From Raja brachyura (taxonomy: Eukaryota), in assembly GCA_963514005.1 (NCBI GenBank), contig OY740799.1, forward strand, positions 17,050,001 to 17,114,000: a DNA stretch of 64,000 nt, read 5' to 3'. The notes below the pieces were generated by a model. The model worked only from the letters and a program-made list of their open reading frames with translations, had not been told where the DNA came from and did not search any database. A program made the position numbers and the translations under genes. Below, piece after piece: positions 25,401 through 37,400 of this stretch. The number at the start of each line of letters is the position of its first letter. The first letter of the stretch is position 1.

Positions 25401-28400
25401 CCAGTATTTCCCTTTTAGCAATCTATAATCCAGTACTCTGCATGGACAATAGACAAAATGCTGGAGTAACTCAGCGGGGCTAGCATCTCTGGAGAGAAGG
25501 AATGGGTGACATTTCTGGTCGAGACTCTTCCTCAGATTGTGAGGTACTCCAGCATTGTGTCTATCTTTGGTGTAAACCAGCATCTGCAGTTGTTTCTTAC
25601 CAATTCTTTGCATAGTTTTCCTAGTCAAATATTTTTTCACCCAGCCCAGATCCTACATTTTTCTTATGAAGGATTTCGGACCAGAAATGTGAACCGTTAT
25701 GTCTTTCTGCAAATGATGCCTGACTTCCTGAGTTTTTCCAGCATGGTTTTTAAATTGAACATTTCTTCCTTGCTTTCTCCCAATCCTTCAGATCTTTTCT
25801 CCCATTACAGGCTTCACACACTCAATGCAAGGGTAGTGCAATTAATGCCCATTGCCAAATTCAGGGATTCACACTTACCTTCTCCTGCATCCTTGGTGAC
25901 AATGGTAAATGTTGCTGGTTTGTTCACCATCCCATGGCTCAAACCAGGTCCAAAAGCAGTTACATGACCGCTGTTAATGGCATCTACATAGAACTGCAAC
26001 GGGCTACCTACAACAATAAATAAAGGGATCAGTAAAGGTCATTCTTCCCGTTGGATGCTGCAGTTGTTACAAGTCACCCAATCAATTTGATGTTTGTATC
26101 AGTACCTCCTTCGGTACATTGTTTCCCAATGGGGTCTTCTCTTGTTGTGTTGGAATGTACATGGGTCGCTCCATATCCTGGATATTGGCACCGAGGTCAA
26201 CAGGCACTGGGGCCTTCACACCCAGTCATCAGAATACAGTAAAATATCAGTGCTCAATCAGAATGGAGTACTGGTCACCAGTCGGGGCATGGCAGACTTA
26301 AGGCTGCCAACCCTAACGTTATCCCACTTCACATAACCATTCCCAACATAACAAGAAGACAAGTCTACGTTCACCCTGGTAGGAACAGCATCAATCGGAG
26401 GCAGCAAGAAGCCCACAGGTCCTGTGTTAATATGGTGATAGGTCAGGCAACAAGGTCGAGCCACATACCTGGGATGTGATTCCCATCATACTTGATGTCC
26501 ATCTCATGCAGACCCTTCTCGATCGGAGCATATTTCACCGTGACAGTCCCATCCTTGTTGTCAGTTATGTTTGGACGGCCAGTTTTACCAGACGGCATCC
26601 GGACTTCGCCTGGGACACGAGAATATTTCAGAACAAGAAGCAAGACTATTGTGCTGCAATACAGTGCCAGTGTGAAGAATACTTCACAGAGGGAAGATTT
26701 TAAAACGTACCTGTGATTTCTCCCTTCTGCACAGTGAAGGGAATGACCAGGTTGAATGGCCGAAGACCGTGTTCCATAACATCAACCGGGACAACAGACT
26801 CCTCCGTGGCCTGCAAAATGACCAAAACCATAGGTAGAGCTTAAAGACCAGCAAGAGAGCAAAAAGAATAAAGAGCAAACTAGAAGATTTGCAACAGACT
26901 ATTATCAGGGCATTTCATCAAGTATCTGGATTAATTCTGGGCCAGTTCAGCAGAGCGAGGATCTATGGAAGAATGATCAAGTGAGTTGCAAATAGGGCTA
27001 GACCAGGAGGAGTAGTGCGACTAAAGGCAGCAACCTGCACTGGGATCAGGTAACATTCCTGTCATTGGAGAACTAAAGTTCTGTAGATGACCAACTTTAA
27101 GCACAGCAAATGGACAATGCCGACAGGACCCTCCGTTACAAGCTGCTGGATTGGTTGAATTTCTGGCCAGTATTCCTACCCATTGATCACCTGCTTGCCA
27201 ATCAACACAGGAATAATCATGAGGTTGCTGGATTCACTCATCCTTTTTTACTTAAGCTCTGGTCATGTGACTGGTCATCCAACCTTGAAAATACACTTCT
27301 CCCCACCCAAAACATAAAGCAAGGGGGAAAGCAGCCATGGGACAGAGATTTAACATTGTGGTCCTTTATTTAATGTCCCAACTCTGCTCAGAGTTTCTGG
27401 GGATCAACTAGAGGCTCTGGAGCCGACTACCCATCTCAGTGCTCGTTTGGGCAATGTAAACAGATTCTTGTGATTATAAAATCTACGAATCACTACAAAT
27501 GGCCAATCAAAACAACAAATTGAACAGAAGAAACTGAACCTTGGTAAATCTGTACATTGACTTTTAAACTACCCCAGAGAAAAAAGGGCAGATATCTGTG
27601 GCAGATTTAAAGAGCTGTGGAGGGGCCTCCAAGTCCATCTGGATCAAATTAATCCCAGGTGCAGAAAGGCATCATCTTTCTTTCATACAATGGTGGTAGA
27701 TTTATGTTTATTAAATTATTTCAGCCGTGTGTCCTGATCACATGCAGCCAGCCAAGTATGGAAACTCCATCAGCAACATGACCAAGATAATTTTCCTTTT
27801 GGTCACAATGTCCAAAAATCATGCAGAGATTTACCAGGAGCTTAATTTATTCTACTATGATCTTTGTAATAGTAGGAAGAGAACCAGCTACCAAAAAATC
27901 CAACAGAAGCATTGATGCATACAGAAGAGACAAGACAGGACTCCATCCAGTCTGTGGTTAAAGACCAGTAGATTCAAGAATCAGCGAGGGATTGAAGAAT
28001 GACAGACTATGAGCACGAGAACAAGCCGAATGCAATAAAATGACAAAATGACCAAAAACAGGACAGAAGGATTAAAAGATTAGAGATGGCATCATGGAAA
28101 CTGAAAAATAGATTGAGGAGAAGGAAGGAGAGAATGGAAGTCCTGCTTGAAGAGAGTAGTTGGTGGTTAAATCTTATACCCAGTGTGGTGGATAGCCAGC
28201 ACGGCAAGGCACATAGGGCTGGTGTAGCTGCAGGGTATCGCAGGGCTCCTCAATGATGGGGATGGCATCACAGGCCTATGATTGGAGCAAGCTAAAAGTT
28301 AAACAAGTCCAACACACAACTCCCAAAACTCGCATCTGAAAAGTTTTAAAACAGGTAAGGGAGAAGCACAGTGACATTGCGACAAGCGAATGGAGCTGGT

Positions 28401-31400
28401 TTGGGGATGGTAACTGCACTCCCAAAAGCCAGTATTCCTCTGAACACCTCTTTCCATTGTGATATTCAGGTGACATTAGTTTGTAATGGTTTGGGAAGTT
28501 CTGGCCAGAGTTGGGGATGGGGAAAATGATGTGGACATCCATTTAACTGAACTCAAACATGGAGGCACAGAGGGATATGGGTCAGGACAGAGGCCATACA
28601 TCACAAATGACTTGTTCTCCACACGTTAGATCTTCTCCCCATGTTCCTCCAGTTCTTTGATTTTTTTTTTTTTTTTAAATCAACATTCTAAACAGAGTCC
28701 AGTTATGGGGAACATGGCTTCACAGACTAATATTCTGATTGATTTTAAGGGATTTTGTATTGTGTGGATGCAGAATCACTAAGCCATTGCAGATAAAAGT
28801 CACCACAAAAGGTTGATAGAATAGTCACCTGCTACCTCATATGAACTTTAACACTAGCATATTACATCAGCATATTACATCAGATAACCCATGCTTTGGG
28901 TTATTGATAGGGGACGATCAGCCATGATCACAATGAATGGCGGTGCTGGCTCGAAGGGCCGAATGGCCTCCTCCTGCACCTATTTTCTATGTTTCTAGAA
29001 CTAAACAGAGAGATTGTCAGACTAGAGCAACAAATCCAAATCAGTCCGGACACGATGCCCAAGAAAGTGTTTACATTGGTGTGGAGCTGCTTTACAGATA
29101 GTATTCTCTCAAATATGGTTGATTCAAGTGTTATTCATTATTAAGTGCAAGTGGATTGAAGGATTTGGTTGGTTAGATTACAATAAACTATTCAATCTGA
29201 TGGTAGAGCCTAGAACAATGAACATTAATGTTAGAGCAAGATTGTAACCCCTCCCCATTCTCCCCCCATATCCCTGAGAGCCTAACTTCAGTGATGGGAA
29301 ACTGTACAAGATGTTGGTGAACCATACTTGAGTATTATGTGCAGTTCTGGTCACCCAGCTATTGGAAGGATGTTATCAAGCTGGAAAGAATTTTAAAAAG
29401 ATTCACAGGGATGTAACCAGGACTGGAGGGCTTGAATCATAAGGAGATACTGGATAGGCTGAGGCTTTTTATTTTAACCTTAGAGAGTAGGGGCACCAAG
29501 GGGCTACGATTTCCACAAATTGGTGGGTATATGAAATGAACTTCAAAAAGGAAATGGTCAAAACATATACAACGATTGCATGCTATATAACTCTGACACT
29601 AATATTCCCATTTTAGAAGGTCGTCCAGGAATTCAAACTCTTCACCACAGGGAACCTTTTTGGATCAGACATGATAATATTTTAGACATAATGATCCTTC
29701 TAAAACAAGGTCATACAATTTAATGAAAGATAGTACATAAAATAGTTTGGCACATGGTTGCAGGAATTACTCGAGTTGTTCACTTATTCCAGGTCTGTGA
29801 CATTTCCTGTAGCCTGGCAACTTTCCCTTTCATTCCCCTCCTCTCAGTTCAATTCCTTTTAAGGGTACTGAATTTGCTTCCACCAATCTTTGTAAAGCAA
29901 ATTGTACACCACAATAACTCTGAAATACAATTCTTCTTTCTCCCCTTGGAATCGTTGCCTAATGACACTCTGGTTTTGAAGCTTCTTGCATTGGAAACAG
30001 TTTTTAAAACTTACTTCTGCTGCAAATTATATTGAGAAAGCTTTGAAAACATCTACCAAATTTTCCACAAACCTCCTCTGCACAGTGCCTCAGCTTATCT
30101 AATAGCTTCTTACAGTCCCTCATCCCTGGTCCCTCCATCCCTGCCTGCAAATGCTTAATTGTATTAGTTTAAAATGGCATACAGAACCTTCCTGAAATTT
30201 GGAATCGACACCCAGAACAATTAGGTCCCAAACATTGTTTTATAAAACAGTCTAGTGCAAGATCCTTGCTTTTATACTTGTTGCCAGTATTTATAATATA
30301 TATGGGACTTTAATTGAATGGTTTTCCAAACTTCAAGAATTAAGTATTTGCAGACATAGGCAAATGCACTTCTGCGTCCTGTTAAAAATGCCACCATAAA
30401 TAACAGGTGATGTACACTATTTAATTATTATGGTGTTGAATGCCAATAGCATGATCTAGTGATGCTAACTAGTTGGCATTACTTACCACCACATGGAACG
30501 GGCTGTTGGGTATAAGTTCCCCACCAAAGCGGATGGTAATAACGTATTTGCCAGGTTCCGGTGCTGTGTAATAAATGTCAAATGTTCCATCATGATTCTC
30601 AACCACATCGACATCCAGCTCAGCTCCATCAGGGGTTGACACCTTGCATGTGACCTTCCCTTTGCCAGCTGCCTTGGCATCCACCGTTATGACCGTCTCC
30701 TCGCCAATCTGGATGGTTGGACCAAGTCCAGCCCCTGGAAATGGATTAGGTGTCATGGTTAATGCGTGGTGCGATTCAGACTAGGTTTTACACACGATGA
30801 AAGTTACAGACACTGCACTTTTGTGGGGTGGGACTCCATCAGCAGTCAGGACACACAGAGTCAGGAAGGAGCATTAGAACACTCTGCAGACCGGATTGAG
30901 ATAGGCAGTGGCACCAGGAGCAGTTCCATCTCCCAACACAATGCATAAAATAAAACTAGAAGCGACTCACTGAAGAGCTGGAACAAGAGAGAGATGGGGA
31001 CAGGGTGGGGGTGAAGGACAGCAGGTGGGCCAGTAGATGGAGGTCAACAGGAACAAATATTTTAAGTTCAATTACATTTGTCTTGTCACCACAACCAAGG
31101 CAGCCACTTGGGTCACAATAAGCATTTGGGTGAAGTGGGGGTGGGCGGTTTGGCAGGGAAGATACAAGAAACAAAAATCAGCCAGCGTTCAGAATCCAGC
31201 TACAATGTACTGTGAACTCTGGTTAGATGGGAACTCAGCAGGGCTCTTGTTCCAGTTCACTGAACAGTGAGCCCCTGGGGAGGTGGGTGATGGGGTTTGG
31301 AATTTTCTGGTTCAAAGAGGCTGAAGAACTGAGCAGTTTGGAGGATGGTCACTCACCTAGTCCATGGCCACCGATGGACACTGTGGGGGAAGAGCAGTCA

Positions 31401-34400
31401 GTTAGAAACTGTCACCCATAAACTCAAAACACAGATTAATTGTCATTTGCAAGAAGCACAAGACAAGGCAGGCAAGAGAGGTTGAAATAAATCTCTGTAT
31501 TCATGTAGCATCAGTTCATGAAGCTGCTGGAACAGACTAGCACTCACAAACCACAGGGACCCGACAGCTGCTCCCACCCAGAGCACCAACATTACCCTAT
31601 GGCTGAGGCCCACAAACCTTAGCACCACCACTACTATAATTCCATTGGTAGCCAAACATTTGGGATTTAACAAAATATATTCCCGGGGATCTATGGTATT
31701 CAAGGTTCATTATCCGATATGACTACAGTTCCTGTTGGTAAGAGAATCCCTGGGACATGAGTAACCAAGGAATAAACACAACACCATTGCCCAGATTGCA
31801 CTCCCAGGACCCCTGCCACATCTTTACTACAAAACCCCATGTTTCCAGGGATCAAACTTCACTTCCCTTCTCAATTTCCAATGTAGCTGAGTGCATGATC
31901 AGATTTGCTACCCAGGAAGAGTAGACTCCAGTGGCTTGGGGGAAGTTGGGCGTTTATTTATTTCAACTTCTTGTTTAGACACATGGATGGATGCAACCAT
32001 TGACTGTACCTGTTACCAGACACTTGCTGGCATCTCCAGTAGGAATGGCATGGATTCGATATGGTGAATAGGGGATTTCATCGCCTCCATACTTGATAGT
32101 GATGGTGTAATGTCCAGTCATATCAGGGACATAGAACACAGTGTACGTCCCATCTCCGTTATCGCGGATGTTTGCCTTCTTTGGTTTGCCCTCAGGATCC
32201 TGAATGGAACAATATTGTTAACATCAAACAGCACAGGTCTTGGGCCACAGCAACCTTCACATAGACTGCCTGCATTTACACTAATGCACGCTAATGGGAC
32301 ATGGCCAAGTGCCCTCAGCCACCTAAAGTTGCCACTGGAATGCTTAAAGCAAGTCAGACAATCCTAACACTCCTTACAGCAGAAGATCTTCATCTCTATA
32401 TATGAGCAACTGGTTTATAGGTTGAAATAAATATTTGGCCCAAGCACTTGTGATACCATAAACAACGTTTGGAGTGCACAGCCAGAAGATCATAGATTGA
32501 AACTTCCGTTAAACAAACACTCAAGTATTTGTTCAGCAAGCACAAGGTGCACTATTGTTTGAGTTGTCCAATGAACTTCAAAACCTTGTCAGAGATCAGG
32601 GACAATGCAGCCACGCAACAATAGAACCCAAAGGAGATGGGCAGGTCACTCAAGATTTGTGCTGTTCCAAGAATGCAGAACCTCCTTTCAGATGTGACCA
32701 CAGCTTGGAACTAGGCAGTGTCACTTGGGCATCATTTAGTGGAGTTGAAAATCAGTCAATGTCTCATTCAAACAATCTTAGATCATTAATGTATGGCCCT
32801 GGTTGTACTGCATATTAATAAAGATGTGTAGGAGATATGGTCCAGACTTACAATGATCTGGACAGTGAGCAGCCCTTCGCCAGCATCCCTGGCATCAATC
32901 GTGAACTCGACCGGGAGACTAGCTGGCACTCCAGAGGCATTGAGTCCTGGCCCACTTGCTCGCACCTTGCTGGCATCATGAGTTGGCTGAACCTTGATCT
33001 TGAAGGGACTGCGAAAATAAAATAAAGTTAACTGGTTCCTGGAAGAGTGGGTTTTAATTCAAATGCCAGCGTGACATTTTTCAGGAACTTGGCAAAGGGT
33101 TGTCAAGGACAGTGCAGATAATGTGGACATAAATATTTTGGGGAAAAAAAAAAGTGCTTGATAAAGCGACACACACAAACATGCAAATGTGCTGTGGATC
33201 AAGGATCGGGGGGGGGGGGGGGGGGGCACAGTAACAACCCTGATTAATACCATGAAGTTAATTGAAGCACTGGAGTTCATTTCTAAAGGGAGAGAATTAA
33301 AAGCAGGTATTAAGATTTATATTGATTCTTAGTAGGGGCACACAAGAATTATCCTGGTGGCCTCTATAGTGAAGAATCAGTTATTAAAACAAGGGAACCG
33401 CAAGGTAAAGAATGAAACACGTAAAAAGACCAGATTTTCCTTTGGGTCTGCCTTAAATCTATATCATCTGGTCTCTCAAAATTTAGAGGGACCTTCAATA
33501 ATGTCTTCAAAATCTAGGCATTATCTTTTTCCAGATTCTCCAGTAACATACAGTCAGACGCTATAGCTCTTGCTCACCTGCGTGGAACCTCCTGGTCTGC
33601 ATATTTCACAGAGACAGTGAAGGGACCATCTGTGGTTGGGGTGTAGTGAACAGTATGTTTTCCATCTCCATTATCAATAACTTTTGTTGGCTCCGATACA
33701 CCTGGATAGAACAGAGTCAACGTTCACCCAACAACCACAGCCATTTCCACTTCTCCCAATTCCTCTCGGAACCCATCCTCTCTTCCCACTATTCCCTCTT
33801 CCTTTCCACCACCTTCACGATTGAGCAATGCTGTCCCCGTAGCAAACATACCTTTTCCCAGATAAAATGACACCTCAGTGCAGCAAACCTTGCCCTCTCC
33901 ATTCAGCTCGTCACATACCCCTCCCACAAAATTCCTCCCATCTGCCTCCCTCAAACTGCATTAGCAAGGCTTTAAGTTTTCCACCTATCCTCACACCACC
34001 AACATAAGGCCAGCCAAGATTTACCTGTGGGCCCAAGGACCAGCACTTCAAGTGGTGCCAGCCCAGCTTTGCTGCAATCAACTGTAAACGTCTGGGGCAC
34101 ATGTGCACGTACTCCTGTGCCCAAGCCAGGACCTGAGCACTTCACTTTGCTGGGATCGACCAATTCCTTCACTGGCACACGGAAGGGACTTCCTATCAAC
34201 ACAAAACAAGCATCACACCTCGTCTTGATTTGCCCCAGCAAAATACAAACAGCATACAAGCTAATAGAAAAGTGGAGACATCGACAGCTTCAGTTAACCC
34301 ACAGTGCACAGTGGAGAGTTTGAAATAAGAGGCACACTCAGTTGATTCAAGAAGGCAGCCCAAATGTGGAAAAGGCAGTTTGAAGGGGCCTATATTCTCC

Positions 34401-37400
34401 AGAATTTAGATGAATGATGGTCTCAGTAAAAACACTGGAGTATTAATTGGCAGCCATTGTGCTCACGGCAAGAACTTTCACATCCTCCCCCTCCCCAGCA
34501 GAATGACAAAGCTTTAGAATGTTCTATTCCCAACAGCTGTGGATACAGATTCAAAATGGAACTTTGCACTCTGAAGGAATTGAGGATATGGGAATAAATC
34601 AGAAAAGGGAATAGCAATGGACATTCAGCAATAAACACTGAATGGTAGAACAATTTGAAAGGGCCACATGGCCTCTCAGTGCCCTTATTTTACACATCTT
34701 CATAAGAAGTCTTATGATTTTGCTGCAGAGGAGGCACATGGAGCAGGCCAGAGAGAGGCAATGTTGGAAGACTAGAGAAGAGCTCTGATCCTCGCTGGCC
34801 TTGGACTGGCCCAATACATCAGTTGCTGAACTGCTTCCGTTTGTCACTGGGACAAGGTATCCCTCGGTGCAAGGCTGGGCAGAACTGCTCACCTGGAATC
34901 GGGTGCCCCCCAAACGTTATGTTGACATCGTAGTCTCCAGGAGTGAAGGGGATGTACTCAACACTGCAACTGCCATCTTTGTTGTCCTTGCAGGACATTT
35001 TCGCCTCAGAGGGGCCCTCGATGGCCAGTCCCAGGCCTCCAGTGCCTGCACCCCTGAGCAGAGAGTGGAGGGAGGGGATAAAGGAGAGAGAGAGAAAGAG
35101 AGAATGAAAAGAGAAAAAAAGTAGAGAGGAAGATAGTCAGGCCAAGTTAAAGGTAAAGATGAGCATAGCTCAGGTTACAGGTTCAGATGTAATGTCCAAA
35201 ATCAGTAAACCAATTCATGGCATTTTGTTTGTTTCCACCCCCTCACAACCATCCCAAACAAGCTTCAAATTTTGGCTCAGTTGGGAAGTCCCCAATCCCA
35301 TGGCGCATTCTTAGAAATAGACATAAAATGCTGGAGTAACTCAGCAGGTCAGGCAGCATCTATGGAGAGAAGGAATGGGTGATGTTTCTGGTCGAGACCC
35401 TTCTTCAGACTGATCCTTAGAAATGATCAGTATCACAAGGGATCAGTATCACAGTGTTGCTCCAACCCACAGAGGGTAATTGCGGATCAGCAAAAGGAAG
35501 GTAATGTCACTTATTCCCTTCTGAAGGGAGATGTATAAAGAGGGTTAGTGCTTATTGGGATTGGTGCAGATGGAATGTCCTCAGGACATTGGTGTGTCCT
35601 CATGACACACAATCCAAGAATAGCCAATGAAAGCCAGGGCCAGTGGGCTTGGGGAAATGCAAACATGAGAAAATAATCCAAAGTATCTTTCATTTCTTTG
35701 AGAGATAATAGGAAAAACTCATTTTGGATATTCAATGGTTAGAGATGGCCGCAAGAAGGGACAGTCCACGTAGGAAACAGAAGCAATTAAATGTATCCCA
35801 GTGAAGGCCCAACTTTTATCCACTATTTAAGGTTGCACCTCACCTGGTTTCCACAGTGAACCTATTGGGTTTGTTCACCAGACCTCCTTCCAGACCTGGA
35901 CCATACGCCCGGACACGGCTAGGATCACAGCCCTCAGTGACTCCAACTCGGAATGGACTTTTGGGGATTGGGACATCATCATAGAGCACTTCAATCATAT
36001 GCATTCCTGAAAGAGAGAAAAAAAAAAATCATATACTTATTAAAAGTCTGATCTAGTACGTGTGTAGATGTGTGTGTATATGTGGTTGTCTTTACATCTT
36101 CGCAAAAACACCAAGCGGTAACGATAACATTTTTACATATTCTGATTGACATATTTCCCCTCTAGGCCGAGATCACCTTATCTAAACATTTTATGCTTTA
36201 TTTCTCAACTTATTACTGATTAAAGTTTAAAAAAATCTAAATACATTGAATTTAAAACGCCAGCTTCACCTGTGATGTCACAATGGCTCGGCTAGCAGTG
36301 ATCAGCCTCACTCAAGATTTCATCCTATATTTCTTGTTATTCACGATTAAAGCTTTCAACAAGCCAATTTTCACAAGATTTTTACTGTTAAAATCATTCC
36401 TGCCAGCTTCCAACATACTTTGATACAATGTTGCGACACAGGAACTTTTGCACACTCTGAACTTTTCACCTCACAGGAGGGGGAGGGCAAATTGCTATTG
36501 CAACACGCAGGTGCAATTGGATTTTTTTTTTAAGCCCACTGCTGAGGGAGGCTGGAATCTTACATTTGGGAACGGCTTGTGTTGGAGGACCACGCCTTCC
36601 GTGGGGGCTACGGGTAGAGAATGGGTGCGTTGGGGGAGCAGACCCAACGAATCTGCACTTGGTCTAGTATATATTACTAAAACTGTCATCTTGTTTGTGA
36701 TTCTGTCTGCGTGCGTGCTCATGTGCTCCCGGAACTATGCCAAAATGGCACATGATAGCTCCACAATCTTGTTCAGATTGATGGTATATTTTACAAGTTA
36801 TTCATATTTTCAAATTACAAAATCCAGTGTGAGAAAAAAAAAATCACTTGAAGTTGCAGTGGCAGTTAGCAGCTATGACATCACAATGGGATCTCATTTA
36901 CATAAACTGCCCAAGAGCAGTGCTTCACCCCACAATGGGTTCTCATTTACATTTTTTTAAAACAAAATTTAACTTCTCACTGTAGAAAATTCCAATTCCA
37001 ACTTGCTGCCCCAAAACATTGTAACGGGCAGGGAATTGAATTTATTTTTAAAGATTAAAAAGAGGGAGGGTGAAGAGGACGGGGAGGGAGTGCTGGGGGA
37101 CGAGGGAAAATGAGTCGCACCTGTGCAGTTGGGGGCTATGGGTGAGTGGTGGAATATTGCATTAGGGAAGTAGGTTGCGTTTTTGGGTTCAGGTGAGTGG
37201 TGGAATATGGAGTTGGGGAATGGGTTGCATTGGGGAAAACAGGCCTCCAGTGGGGGCTATGGGTGAGTGGTGGAATATTGCGTTGGGGGGGAACATGTTG
37301 CATTGGGGACCAGGCCTCCCGTGTAACAGGAACCCAACGGGTCCCACTTGGTCCAGTTAATTAAGCTATAAAAACATGCCCTCTTAGCAGGCAGTCAACA

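Noticed and set aside
27365-27370. Intronic AATAAA in FLNC intron 31 as an alternative poly(A) site
   Set aside because: The hexamer is common in these AT-rich introns and no terminal exon structure was found.
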